Source: an uncultured Brevundimonas sp. (lineage in GTDB: Bacteria > Pseudomonadota > Alphaproteobacteria > Caulobacterales > Caulobacteraceae). Taken from it: a stretch of 64,000 bases of DNA. Numbering within the stretch: the first letter of the stretch is position 1; each line of letters starts with the position of its first letter. The stretch lies in the NCBI GenBank assembly GCA_964398675.1, contig CAYNNT010000001.1, positions 38,541-102,540 of the forward strand. Reading direction: 5' to 3'. The notes beneath the pieces were generated by a model that saw nothing but the letters and a program-made list of their open reading frames with translations, was not told where the DNA came from and did no database searches. Below are positions 19,712 through 29,768 of this stretch, in pieces. The translations under genes and the position numbers were made by a program.

Positions 19712-21463
19712 ATGGCCGAGAACGCCATCGAAGGCGGCGCAACCAACGCCTGGCAGGACGCTGTGATCGACAAGCTGCCGCCCGCCGAGGCCCTGGCCGG
19801 GGTCGAGCGCGAGGTCATGGAGTACGATGTCGTCATCGTCGGCGGCGGCCCCGCCGGCCTGTCCGCCGCCATCCGCCTGAAACAGCGGGCGGAAAAGGAC
19901 GGCAAGGAAATCACCGTCGCGGTGCTGGAGAAGTCGGCCGAGGTCGGGGGGCACATCCTGTCCGGCGCGGTCATTGATCCGAAGGCGCTGAAGGAATTGT
20001 TCCCCGACTGGAAGGAACGCGGCGCGCCCCTCGAGACGCCGGTCACCGAGGACCGGTTCATGATCCTCGGCCCGATGGGCCAGGCCTCGCTGCCGATGCC
20101 GCTGCTGCCGCCGATCATGCACAATGACGGCTGCTACATCGCCTCGCTGGGCAATCTGGCGCGCTGGCTGGGTGAACAGGCAGAGGCGCTCGGCGTCGAG
20201 GTCTATCCCGGCATGGCCGCCAGCCATGTGGTCTGGGACGAACCGTCGGGCCGGGTGAAGGGCGTCGTTGCCGGCGTCTTCGGCATCGACCGCCACGGCA
20301 AGCCGACCGACGACTTCCAGCCGGGCATCGAACTGCACGGCAAATACGTCTTCATCGCCGAGGGCGTGCGCGGCTCGCTGGCCAAGACCATCATGGCCCG
20401 CCACAACCTGTGCGACACGGCCGAACCGCAGAAATTCGGCATCGGCCTCAAGGAGTTGTGGCAGGTTCCCGCCGAGAAGCACCGTCCCGGCCTGGCCCAG
20501 CACACGACCGGCTGGCCGCTGGACGAGTTCACCGGCGGCGGCAGCTTCATGTACCATTTCGGGGACCGCTATGTGGCCATCGGCTACGTCGTGCACCTGA
20601 ACTACAAGAACCCGTTCCTGTCGCCGTTCGACGAGTTCCAGCGCTTCAAACACCATCCGGCGATCAGCGAGCATCTGGAGGGCGGGACCCGCATCTCCTA
20701 CGGCGCCCGCGCCATCACCGAGGGCGGCTTCCAGTCCGTGCCGAAGCTCAGCTTCCCGGGCGGCGCCCTGATCGGCTGTTCGGCCGGCTTCGTGAACGTG
20801 CCGCGCATCAAGGGCAGCCACAACGCCATGAAGACCGGCATGCTGGCCGCCGACGCCGCCTATGACGCCGTCCAGGCCGGCCGCGCGGGCGACCAGCTGG
20901 TCGAATACCAGACCGCCTATGAGAAGAGCTGGGTCTACAAGGAGCTGAAACAGGTCCGGAACGCCAAACCCTATCTGTCGAAATTCGGCACGACGATCGG
21001 CGGGGCGCTGGGCCTGTTCGACATGTGGTTCTCGTCGATATTCCGCGTGAACCTGCCCTGGACCCTGAAGCACGGAAAGACCGACGCCGCCTCGACCCAG
21101 AAGGCCGCGAAGCACACGGCGATCGCCTATCCGAAGCCCGACGGGAAGCTGTCGTTCGACAAGCTGTCCTCGGTGTTCATCTCCAACACCAACCACGCCG
21201 AGGAACAGCCCGCGCACCTGAAACTGCTGGACCCGTCGATCCCGATCCGGGTCAATCTGCCGGAATACGGCGAGCCCGCCCGGCTCTACTGCCCCGCAGG
21301 CGTGTACGAGGTCCTGTACGACGAGGCCGGCGACAATCCGCGCTTCCAGATCAACGCCCAGAACTGCGTCCACTGCAAAACCTGCGACATCAAGGATCCG
21401 TCCCAGAACATCGTCTGGACCACGCCCGAGGGCGGCGGCGGGCCGAACTATCCGAATATGTGA
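19712..21463 (+). CDS. electron transfer flavoprotein-ubiquinone oxidoreductase
   Basis: DVVIVGGGPAGL, GGHILSGA, CPAGVYE, NCVHCKTCDIKDP. Confidence 0.97.
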   Translation: MAENAIEGGATNAWQDAVIDKLPPAEALAGVEREVMEYDVVIVGGGPAGLSAAIRLKQRAEKDGKEITVAVLEKSAEVGGHILSGAVIDPKALKELFPDWKERGAPLETPVTEDRFMILGPMGQASLPMPLLPPIMHNDGCYIASLGNLARWLGEQAEALGVEVYPGMAASHVVWDEPSGRVKGVVAGVFGIDRHGKPTDDFQPGIELHGKYVFIAEGVRGSLAKTIMARHNLCDTAEPQKFGIGLKELWQVPAEKHRPGLAQHTTGWPLDEFTGGGSFMYHFGDRYVAIGYVVHLNYKNPFLSPFDEFQRFKHHPAISEHLEGGTRISYGARAITEGGFQSVPKLSFPGGALIGCSAGFVNVPRIKGSHNAMKTGMLAADAAYDAVQAGRAGDQLVEYQTAYEKSWVYKELKQVRNAKPYLSKFGTTIGGALGLFDMWFSSIFRVNLPWTLKHGKTDAASTQKAAKHTAIAYPKPDGKLSFDKLSSVFISNTNHAEEQPAHLKLLDPSIPIRVNLPEYGEPARLYCPAGVYEVLYDEAGDNPRFQINAQNCVHCKTCDIKDPSQNIVWTTPEGGGGPNYPNM

Positions 21464-21518
21464 CGCGTGCCGGGCGAGAGGCCTTGTCGCCGCCGCATAA
21501 TCCGGGAAGGGTCGGGTC

Positions 21519-23315
21519 ATGCGTCTCTCCTGCCTCGCCCTTCTGCTCTCCGGTTGCGCCCTGACGGCGCTGGCCTCGCCCGCGTGGGCGCAGGAGGCGC
21601 CGGTCGTGATCAACCCGGCGCCTGCCGTCCCTGCGGAGCAGGCTGCGGCGCCGCCGGTCGAGCCCGACGCTCCGCCAATTCCCGCCGTCTGGGCTCCGGT
21701 GCCCGTCGATGCGACGGGACAGTCGGCATATGGTCTCTATCTTTCCGGCCTGCTCGCCAGCCTCCGCGGCGACTACACCGACGGGTCGGACCTGCTCTCG
21801 CAGAGTCAGAGCCTCGTCCCGGAACAGCCCCGGGTCGGGTTCGACGCCTTCCGCGCCGGCCTGATGGCCGGTGATCTGGACGCCATCGTCCGTATTTCCC
21901 CAGCCCTCCAGAACGACCCGGCGCTCGCCGATGCGGGGCGGCTCGCGGGCGCGGTCGACGCCATGCAACGGGGTGATGCGCGCGCCGGACTGGCGATCCT
22001 CGATGCGGGCGAGTTTGACGAGGCGTTTGCCCTGGCGGCGCGCTTCCTTCGCGCTCCGGTCGCCGCCGCCGCGGGCGAGTGGGACACGGCCCTGACGCCG
22101 GTCTCCCTGGCGCCCAACGATCCGGCGACCCTGATATTGCTGCACCAGCAGGCGCGCCTGCTGGAAGTCCGACGTCGCTACGCCGAGGCGGAGGCGGCCT
22201 ATCTGACCCTGCTTGAGGTTCCGATCGCCACCCAGCTGTTTGCGCGGGACTATGCCGACTTCCTGAAGCGGCGCGGCCGCAACGCCGAAGCCCTCGCCTA
22301 CTACCGGCGGGTGCTCGACGCCGCCGCAACCGAAGGATCGGACACCTCGGCCGAAGCAGAGGGGCTGGTGCAAGTCCGCCCTGCTGCGGCGCCTACGCTG
22401 GCCGAACTGGCGGCCCAGGGACTCAGGTTCGCGGCCATCTTCCTTGGGTCCAGCCCCGAGGCGCGCTCGCAGGTCGTCGTCTACCTGCGAATGGCGGAGA
22501 ACCTTCATCCGGACGACGAAATCTCCCTGCATCTGGGACAGACCCTCGCGGCCGGCACACAACAGGCGGAAGCTCGCCTGGCGTTTGGCCGCGTCGGGCC
22601 CGAAAATCCCATCCGCTACGCCGAGGCCCAGGTCGGGATTGGTGTCAGTTACGCGCGCGAGAATCGCACGGCCGAGGCGCTGGCCGCCTTCGAGCAGGCG
22701 CGCGAGGTTTCGCCGGGAGAGCCGCAAATTCTCAGGCTGCTGACGTCCCAGCTGAACAGTCTTGGCCGTCACGAAGAAGCCCTCGCGGCCATCGACGATC
22801 CGAGCGCGAACGCGGCGCGGGCCCAACCGGAGATTCGGGAAATCCGCGGCCTGACGCTGCAGGAGCTCGGCCGGATCGACGAGGCCGAGGCAGAGCTGTG
22901 GGCCGCGCTTCAGGCCGCCCCGGAAAACGCCTCCCTGCTCAACTCGCTCGGCTATATGTGGGTCGACACCGGTCGCCGGGTCGAACAGGGGGCCGAGATG
23001 CTGGCCCGCGCTCACGCCGCCCAGCCCGACAACGGCAACATTCAGGATTCGCTCGGCTGGGCCCAGTTCCGGCAGGGCCAGTACGACGTCGCGGTCGAGA
23101 CCCTGGAGGGCGCCGTCGGCAAGGAGCCCGCCAACGCCGAGATCAATGACCATTTGGGCGATGCCTATTGGCAGGTCGGCCGGACGCGCGAGGCCCGGTG
23201 GCAGTGGAACCGCGTCCTGACGCTGGATCCGGACGCCGCGCGCCGCGCCGAGGTGGAGCAGAAGCTGGCCTCGGGCCTGTCGATCGCGCCGCCGGTGTCC
23301 GCCGGCCAATCCTGA
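21519..23315 (+). CDS. periplasmic tetratricopeptide repeat protein
   Basis: Signal peptide; LNSLGYMWVD, DSLGW, EINDHLGDAYW; directly upstream of ispE. Confidence 0.9.
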   Translation: MRLSCLALLLSGCALTALASPAWAQEAPVVINPAPAVPAEQAAAPPVEPDAPPIPAVWAPVPVDATGQSAYGLYLSGLLASLRGDYTDGSDLLSQSQSLVPEQPRVGFDAFRAGLMAGDLDAIVRISPALQNDPALADAGRLAGAVDAMQRGDARAGLAILDAGEFDEAFALAARFLRAPVAAAAGEWDTALTPVSLAPNDPATLILLHQQARLLEVRRRYAEAEAAYLTLLEVPIATQLFARDYADFLKRRGRNAEALAYYRRVLDAAATEGSDTSAEAEGLVQVRPAAAPTLAELAAQGLRFAAIFLGSSPEARSQVVVYLRMAENLHPDDEISLHLGQTLAAGTQQAEARLAFGRVGPENPIRYAEAQVGIGVSYARENRTAEALAAFEQAREVSPGEPQILRLLTSQLNSLGRHEEALAAIDDPSANAARAQPEIREIRGLTLQELGRIDEAEAELWAALQAAPENASLLNSLGYMWVDTGRRVEQGAEMLARAHAAQPDNGNIQDSLGWAQFRQGQYDVAVETLEGAVGKEPANAEINDHLGDAYWQVGRTREARWQWNRVLTLDPDAARRAEVEQKLASGLSIAPPVSAGQS

Positions 23316-23318
23316 GCC

Positions 23319-24185
23319 ATGGCCGCGATCACCCGGCTGGCGCCCGCCAAGGTCAATCTGTTCCTGCACGTCGGACCGCTTGAGGCGGACGGCTATCACC
23401 CCCTGGCCAGTCTGGTCGTCTTCGCCGATGTCGGCGACCGGCTGACGGTCGAGCGGGCGGAGCGCCTGTCGCTGGCGGTCGGCGGTCCGTTTGCGGATGC
23501 GCTCGAAGGCGAGGGCGACAATCTGGTGCTGCGGGCGGTGCGGGCGCTGGGCGTGGCGGCGGGAGTCGACGAGCCGGGACTGCGGTTCAACCTCGACAAG
23601 CAGCTGCCGGTGGCCGCCGGCCTGGGCGGCGGGTCGTCCGACGCCGGGGCGGCGCTGAAGCTGGCGCGGGATGCGCTCGGCCTGCCGCTGGACGATGCGG
23701 CGCTGGCGGAGATCGCGGCCGGCGTCGGCGCCGACGGCCCCATGTGCCTTCACGCCCGCGCCGCCTGGGCCGAGGGGCGGGGCGACGTCCTGACCTTTGA
23801 GACCGGCCCGCCGCCTCTGCCGGCCCTGCTGGTCAATCCGGGCGTGCCGTCCTCGACCGGGGCCGTTTACCGCGCCTTTGACGACAGCGCGCCGGGCGCG
23901 GCGGACCGGCCGCTTTCGCCTTCCGCCTGGGACCTCTCGTCCGTCATCGAGTGGCTGGCAGCCCAACGGAACGACCTGCAGCCGCCCGCCGTCAGCCTCG
24001 CCCCTTCGATCGGCGAGGCCCTTGCAGCCACGGCAGACCTGCCCGGCGCGCGGCTGACACGCATGTCCGGCTCCGGCGCCACGGTCTTCGCCCTGTTCGA
24101 CACGGCCGCTTGCGCAGAGGCCGCCGGACGGACCCTTTCAGCGCGTCATCCCCACTGGTGGGTCCGGCCGACGGTCCTGCGCTAG
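23319..24185 (+). CDS. ispE: 4-(cytidine 5'-diphospho)-2-C-methyl-D-erythritol kinase
   Basis: APAKVNLFLHV, PVAAGLGGGSSDA, MSGSGAT. Confidence 0.96.
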   Translation: MAAITRLAPAKVNLFLHVGPLEADGYHPLASLVVFADVGDRLTVERAERLSLAVGGPFADALEGEGDNLVLRAVRALGVAAGVDEPGLRFNLDKQLPVAAGLGGGSSDAGAALKLARDALGLPLDDAALAEIAAGVGADGPMCLHARAAWAEGRGDVLTFETGPPPLPALLVNPGVPSSTGAVYRAFDDSAPGAADRPLSPSAWDLSSVIEWLAAQRNDLQPPAVSLAPSIGEALAATADLPGARLTRMSGSGATVFALFDTAACAEAAGRTLSARHPHWWVRPTVLR

Positions 24186-24238
24186 CCGTCGATCGCGGCC
24201 TTAACCGTCGGCAAACGCGTGTCTGGCACACTGGCGAT

Positions 24239-25162
24239 ATGGAAACGCTCTCGCCCGCCCAGATCGCCGCGTTCGAAGCCGTGCTCAGCAAGGTCCCGGT
24301 CGAGGATCGCGCCCGCCTTCACGCCCTCAAGGACGCCGCCGCGACCGCCGCCGCCGCCTCCGCCCCGCATTGGGATTTCGACCAGCCGGGTCATCGCGCC
24401 GAGGAGGCCCTGACGGAGGCCTTCGGCGCCGCCCTGACCGATGACCACCGCCGCGCCCTCGTGGCCCTGTGGGCGCTGGAGATGCCGGCGCGGATACCCG
24501 CCGCCGACCTGCCCCAGGCCTCGCTCGACCTCTATCCGGAATGGATCCAGCGGCTCGCCGACTTCCTGGCCGCCGCCGCCGACCCCTATGACCGCGACTT
24601 CTGGGCCAAGGACGTGCGCATCTCGCTGGTGCTCAGCGTGCCCGGCGCCCGCACCCAGATGATCGATCTGAGTTCGCCGATGGGGCCGGGTCAGGTCTTG
24701 CGCCACGCCCGTGAGGGCTGGGGCTGGTCGGTGATCCCGGCCTATGCGGCCGCCCAGGCCTGGAAGCCGTGGCTGGAGGTCCATACCGAGAGCCGCGAGC
24801 TGTCCGACTTCAACGAAGCCGGCTGGGACCGCGCCTGGGCGACCGCCGCCGAGATCTGCAAGCGCCGCCCCGAGATGGCGGGCATGCTGGGCTCGAGCTG
24901 GTTCTATGATCCGCCGCTGGAGCAGATCAGCCCGCGTCTGGCCTATCTGCGGCTCAACCTGCTGAAGCACGGCGCCTTCATGGTGCATCAGGGGCCGGGC
25001 GAGATTCACACCCAGCGCGCCGCCACCTCTTCGCCGACCCGCGCCGCCCTGATCGAGGCCGGCGAGTATACGGCCCGTTCGTGGATCGTCGCCTTCCCGC
25101 GCGCCGCCCTGATCCGGTGGGCGGACGGGCGCAAGGCCGCGATGATGCGCGAAGCGGCCTGA
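24239..25162 (+). CDS. hypothetical protein, possible GNAT-like acyltransferase C-terminal domain
   Basis: Host-like codon usage; LEVH...[10 protein letters not shown] recalls the LxxH...SWLLDP pattern of GNAT_C-type domains (weak). Confidence 0.6.
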   Translation: METLSPAQIAAFEAVLSKVPVEDRARLHALKDAAATAAAASAPHWDFDQPGHRAEEALTEAFGAALTDDHRRALVALWALEMPARIPAADLPQASLDLYPEWIQRLADFLAAAADPYDRDFWAKDVRISLVLSVPGARTQMIDLSSPMGPGQVLRHAREGWGWSVIPAYAAAQAWKPWLEVHTESRELSDFNEAGWDRAWATAAEICKRRPEMAGMLGSSWFYDPPLEQISPRLAYLRLNLLKHGAFMVHQGPGEIHTQRAATSSPTRAALIEAGEYTARSWIVAFPRAALIRWADGRKAAMMREAA

Positions 25163-25171
25163 CTCTCCTTT

Positions 25172-25362
25172 GCTTTCGTCATTCCGGGCGAAGGCGAGCG
25201 ACGCGAGCCGCAGACCCGGAACCCAGCGGCGCCGCGAAGGCGGCGAAACACCGCGGTATCAAGAATCTTACGCCGTCAGCGTCGGCGCTCCCGACGGCTT
25301 CGCGCTCTCGCGCGCCGCTGGGTTCCGGGTCTCCGCTGCGCTTCGCCCGGAATGACGAAAGC
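25172..25362. repeat. palindromic REP/MITE-like element (CGTC-type), copy A
   Basis: 22-bp perfect terminal IR GCTTTCGTCATTCCGGGCGAAG; internal IR GACCCGGAACCCAGCGGCGC. Confidence 0.85.
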
Positions 25363-26112
25363 TTATCGGGTCACTGCGGCCCACGCCGCGCCCACGGGCG
25401 CGATCTCCAGCCCGGCGGCCTTCGCAAGCCGCAGCACCCCATCCAGATCGGCCGGGGTGCAGCCGTAGTCTGTGGGCCGGTCGCTCACATCATGGCCGTA
25501 GGCGGTCAGCCAGCCTTTCGACGCGGCCGCTTCGGCCATCAGGCTTTCGAGGTCGTAGCCGGGGAGGCGGCGGCTCTCGAGGCCGATGCTCTTGATCAGG
25601 GCCCGGTCCTCGCGCCCGGCGTTGACGCCGTCGCGGACGCCCCGGGCCATGGCGAACCGCTCGCGCACCACGCGCTTGGCCCCAACCGTCGCATCGCCGA
25701 AGGGCCAGGCGAAGGTGGTCATGCGGTGGCCGTCCAGCCGCTCGGCGACCCAGGCCGCGTTGGCGTCGAGGCTGAGCCGCAGGGCGTCGGCGTCCATGCG
25801 CAGGGCGCTGGTGTGGCCGAAGGTGTGGCAGCCGACCTCATGGCCGGCGGTATGCAGCGCCTGGAGGTGCGGGACCTGGAACTGGTCGCGGTCCATGTTC
25901 ACGCCGTCGGCGAGGCCGCCGCAGACGTAGTAGGTGGCCTTCACGCCGTGGTCGGCGAGGATCGGCCCGGCCTCGGTCCAGGCGGTGGCGGGGAAGTCGT
26001 CGAAGCTCAGCGAGAAGACCCCGCGCGCCGGCGCGATCTCCACCGCCTCGATGTCGAGATAGCGCGCGGCCCGCCGGCGCATCTGGTCGATCTGCTTCAT
26101 GGCGGCGGTCAT
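25363..26112 (-). CDS. polysaccharide deacetylase (CE4, HfsH-like)
   Basis: [35 protein letters not shown]. Confidence 0.88.
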   Translation of the reverse strand: MTAAMKQIDQMRRRAARYLDIEAVEIAPARGVFSLSFDDFPATAWTEAGPILADHGVKATYYVCGGLADGVNMDRDQFQVPHLQALHTAGHEVGCHTFGHTSALRMDADALRLSLDANAAWVAERLDGHRMTTFAWPFGDATVGAKRVVRERFAMARGVRDGVNAGREDRALIKSIGLESRRLPGYDLESLMAEAAASKGWLTAYGHDVSDRPTDYGCTPADLDGVLRLAKAAGLEIAPVGAAWAAVTR

Positions 26113-26217
26113 AGCGCGAGGGCGCTTAAGGAAGGGTTTGGCGGGGCTTCGCCTTGCCGCCAAAGGGCCGCCCGTCTAGGGTCCGCGCCTCTCATTTTGC
26201 GACTGCGAACAGCCTCT

Positions 26218-27105
26218 GTGACAACCGAACCGCTCGCCTTCCAGGACCTGATCCTGACGCTCCACAAATACTGGGGCGATCAGGGCTGCGCGATCCTGCA
26301 GCCCTATGACATCGAGGTCGGGGCCGGGACCCTGCACCCGGCGACGGTGCTGAGGGCGCTCGGGCCGCGCCCGTGGAAGGCCGCCTATGTCCAGCCGTCG
26401 CGGCGTCCCGGCGACGGGCGCTATGGCGAAAACCCGAACCGGCTGCAGCACTATTACCAGTACCAGGTCATCCTGAAGCCGAACCCGGACGACCTGCAGG
26501 CCCTGTATCTGGGCTCGCTGGCGGCGATCGGGATCGATCCGAAACTGCACGACATCCGCTTCGTCGAGGACGACTGGGAGAACCCCACGGTCGGGGCCTG
26601 GGGGCTGGGCTGGGAGGTCTGGTGCGACGGGATGGAGGTGACCCAGTTCACCTATTTCCAGGGCGTGGGCGGGATCGAGGTCGATGTGGTCTCGGGCGAG
26701 CTGACCTACGGGCTGGAGCGTCTGGCCATGTATGTCCAGGGCGTCGACAACGTCTATGACCTGAAGTTCACCAAGGAGGGCCTGACCTATGGCGAGGTCT
26801 TCCTCGAGAACGAGCGCCAGCAGTCGGAGGCCAATTTCCACGGCTATGACGTCGACGGGCTGAAGCGCCGGTTCGAGGACATGGTCGGCGAGGTCGGGCG
26901 GTTGCTGGCGATGAAGGGGCCGCAGGATCAGGCGCTGGTTCTGCCGGCCTATGACCAGGTGCTGAAGGCCAGCCATCTGTTCAACCTGATGGACGCGCGC
27001 GGGGCGATCGCCGTGGCCGAACGGCAGAGCTACATCGGGCGCATCCGCGATCTCTGCAAGGCCTGCGCGACCGAATGGGTCGAGCAGGAAAGGGGGCGCG
27101 TCTGA
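26218..27105 (+). CDS. glyQ: glycine--tRNA ligase alpha subunit
   Basis: GTG start; [33 protein letters not shown]. Confidence 0.98.
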   Translation: MTTEPLAFQDLILTLHKYWGDQGCAILQPYDIEVGAGTLHPATVLRALGPRPWKAAYVQPSRRPGDGRYGENPNRLQHYYQYQVILKPNPDDLQALYLGSLAAIGIDPKLHDIRFVEDDWENPTVGAWGLGWEVWCDGMEVTQFTYFQGVGGIEVDVVSGELTYGLERLAMYVQGVDNVYDLKFTKEGLTYGEVFLENERQQSEANFHGYDVDGLKRRFEDMVGEVGRLLAMKGPQDQALVLPAYDQVLKASHLFNLMDARGAIAVAERQSYIGRIRDLCKACATEWVEQERGRV

Positions 27106-29240
27106 TGGCCCAGCTTCTTCTCGAACTGTTTTCCGAAGAGATCCCGGCCCGCATGCAGGGCGGGGCGGCGCGTGATCTGGAGCGGATGGCGGCGGAGCGG
27201 CTGAAGGCCGCCGGCCTGACGTATGAGGCGCTGACGACCTACGCGGGGCCGCGGCGGCTGACGCTGGTGGTCGAGGGGCTGCCGGCGGCGACGCCGGACC
27301 GCGAGGAAGAGGTCAAGGGACCGCGGGCCAATGCGCCGGAACAGGCGCTGGAGGGCTTCCTGCGGAAGACCGGCCTGACCAGGGACCAGCTGGTCGAGCG
27401 CGACGGCGTGTTCTTCGCCGTGCTCAGCAGCAAGGGCCAGCCGACGGCGGCCCTGATCCCGGAGATGGTCGACCAGATCGTGCGCGGCTTCCCCTGGCCC
27501 AAGTCGATGCGCTGGGGCTCGGGCACGCTGCGCTGGGTGCGGCCGCTGAAGCGGATCGTCGCCCTGTTCGACGGCCATGTCGTGCCGTTCGAAATCGACG
27601 GGATCGCCTCGGGTGATCTGACCGAGGGGCATCGCTTCCTCGGCTGCGGCCGGCCGTTCGCGGTGAAGGATTTCGCGGACTATCGGGCGAAGCTGGAGAG
27701 CGATTTCGTTCTGCTGGACGCGGCCGACCGGCGGCTGAAGATCCTGGAGGCGGCGCAGAAGGTCTGTGCCGACAAGGGCCTCGCGCTGGTCGATGACGAC
27801 GGCCTGCTGGACGAGGTGGCGGGGCTGGCCGAATGGCCGACGCCCATTCTCGGCGACATGGACCCGGCCTTCCTGAGCCTGCCGCCCGAGGTGGTCCGGC
27901 TGTCGATGAAGGTGCACCAGAAATATTTTGCGGTGCGCGATCCGGCGAAGCACGGCCTCGCCCCGCATTTCGTGGTCGTGGCCAATGTCGAGGCGAGCGA
28001 CGGGGGCAAGGCGCTGGCCGCCGGCAACAGCCGCGTGCTGTCGGCCCGTCTGGATGACGCCCGCTTCTTCTGGGACGAGGACCTGAAGACCGGCTTCGAC
28101 GTCTGGTCGAAGAAGCTGGAGGGGGTGACCTTCCATGCGAAGCTGGGAACGCTGGCCGAGCGGGTCGAGCGGATCACGGCCCTGGCGCGCGAGATCGCGC
28201 CGCTGGTCGGGGCTGATCCGGATCAGGCGGAGGCCGCGGCGAAGCTGGCCAAGGCTGATTTGTCGGCCGCCATGGTCGGGGAGTTCCCCGAACTGCAGGG
28301 GATCATGGGCGGCTACTACGCCCGCGCCGCCGGCCACCCGGACGCCGTCGCCGACGCCGTGCGCGACCACTACAAGCCGCAGGGCCCGGCGGACTCCGTG
28401 CCGACCGCGCCGCTCACGGTGGCGGTGGCGCTGGCCGACAAGCTGGACACGCTGGTCGGTTTCTTCGCGATTGATGAGAAGCCGACGGGGTCGAAGGATC
28501 CGTTCGCGCTGCGGCGGGCGGCGCTGGGAGTGATCCGGCTGGTGCTGGAGAACGGAATTCGGGTGCCGCTGAAAGCCCGACTCCGGCAGCAATGCCTGTT
28601 TTACTACGATAGGCTGGGGTTCAAGGATCGCGATGACGGCTTCAAGCGTGAAGTCGAGCTGTTCATGGTCGACGGCTCGCCCCAGCGCCGGAGTTCGCGT
28701 CGGGTCGAGGCGACATCACTCGAACTCGTTGCCTTCTTCGCCGACCGCCTGAAGGTCCTCCTGCGCGATCAGGGCAAGCGCCATGATCTCGTCGATGCCG
28801 TCTTCGCGCTGGGCGATGACGACCTCGTCCGCATCGTGCGGCGGGTGGAGGCGCTGGACGGGTTCCTCGCCACGGACGACGGGGCCAATCTGCTGGCCGG
28901 GTACAAGCGGGCGTCCAACATCCTCAAGGCCGAGGAGAAGAAGGGCGCCGTGCCGACCGGCATGGTGCAGACCGGCCTGCCGGGACAGCCGGAACAGGAA
29001 AGCGCCCTGGCCTTCGCCGCCGCCGCCGCCGCGACCGCCGTGGACGCCGCGCTGGAGACCGAGGATTTCGCCGCCGCCATGACCGCGCTGTCGCGGTTGC
29101 GGGCTCCGGTGGACGCCTTCTTCGACAAGGTGATGGTCAATTCGGACGTGACCGAGGAGCGGGACAACCGGCTGAAGCTGCTGGGGCAAGTTCGCAGCGT
29201 GATGGGCCGGGTGGCGGACTTCGGGATGGTCGGGGGCTGA
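27105..29240 (+). CDS. glyS: glycine--tRNA ligase beta subunit
   Basis: LLLELFSEEIPA, WPKSMRWG, EFPELQG, PTGSKDPFALRR. Confidence 0.97.
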   Translation: MAQLLLELFSEEIPARMQGGAARDLERMAAERLKAAGLTYEALTTYAGPRRLTLVVEGLPAATPDREEEVKGPRANAPEQALEGFLRKTGLTRDQLVERDGVFFAVLSSKGQPTAALIPEMVDQIVRGFPWPKSMRWGSGTLRWVRPLKRIVALFDGHVVPFEIDGIASGDLTEGHRFLGCGRPFAVKDFADYRAKLESDFVLLDAADRRLKILEAAQKVCADKGLALVDDDGLLDEVAGLAEWPTPILGDMDPAFLSLPPEVVRLSMKVHQKYFAVRDPAKHGLAPHFVVVANVEASDGGKALAAGNSRVLSARLDDARFFWDEDLKTGFDVWSKKLEGVTFHAKLGTLAERVERITALAREIAPLVGADPDQAEAAAKLAKADLSAAMVGEFPELQGIMGGYYARAAGHPDAVADAVRDHYKPQGPADSVPTAPLTVAVALADKLDTLVGFFAIDEKPTGSKDPFALRRAALGVIRLVLENGIRVPLKARLRQQCLFYYDRLGFKDRDDGFKREVELFMVDGSPQRRSSRRVEATSLELVAFFADRLKVLLRDQGKRHDLVDAVFALGDDDLVRIVRRVEALDGFLATDDGANLLAGYKRASNILKAEEKKGAVPTGMVQTGLPGQPEQESALAFAAAAAATAVDAALETEDFAAAMTALSRLRAPVDAFFDKVMVNSDVTEERDNRLKLLGQVRSVMGRVADFGMVGG

Positions 29241-29257
29241 CCCTCTCCCGGCAAGAG

Positions 29258-29478
29258 CTTGTCATCCCGGCCGACGCGAAGCGGAGAGCCGGGACGCTAG
29301 AGTGCAATGACTTCATCCTCCCGGAAGTGGCGTCAGCCGCTATCCGGGAGACAGGTGGGGACAGATGGTGCGGCGGCCGCGTGTCTCCCGGACAATCGCA
29401 AGGGCGATTTCCGGGAGGTTGGTAGAAAGCGCGGTCGGCCGTCCCGGCTCTCCGCTTCGCTTCGGCCGGGATGACAAG
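29258..29478. repeat. nested palindromic element (outer GTCATCCCGG-type arms, inner CCTCCCGG-type arms)
   Basis: 39-bp outer IR with one mismatch (29258-29296 / 29440-29478); inner paired hairpins 29317-29418. Confidence 0.8.
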
Positions 29479-29618
29479 GGCCAACCTTCTTCTGGTGAGT
29501 TGCCCGAGGCTCTCCGCAAAAAATGCCGAAAAGCTGTCTTCTCGACCCTGCGCGGGTGTCGGTCAGGCGTCGTTGGCCTGTGGGTTCACCGCGCCTGGGG
29601 CGGTCGCGGGCGGGCTGG

Positions 29619-29700
29619 ATTGTCAAAGACCGGCGGCGGTCCGGGGAGCGCCGGGGTCTATTTTACGAGGGCCGGGACGGGCGTCAGGCTGAAAAATTTC
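29619..29700 (-). promoter_or_regulatory. putative sigma70 promoter with UP-like tract and boxA-like motif, no obvious gene
   Basis: GAAATTTTTC, CTGACG-N16-TAAAAT, GC-rich stretch, then GGTCTTTGACAAT. Confidence 0.4.
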
Positions 29701-29768
29701 GCGGAGGGGCGAGAAGGGACCTTCGGGGGCCGGAAGGGGACCAAGGATCGGGGGCGGGAAGGGAGGCT

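Noticed and set aside
18773..23966. 946-aa and 858-aa minus-strand ORFs
   Set aside because: Antisense shadows of ETF-QO, the TPR protein and ispE
29333..29626. 97-aa minus-strand ORF downstream of the orphan promoter
   Set aside because: TTG start inside the boxA-like motif, no SD, runs through palindromic repeat DNA
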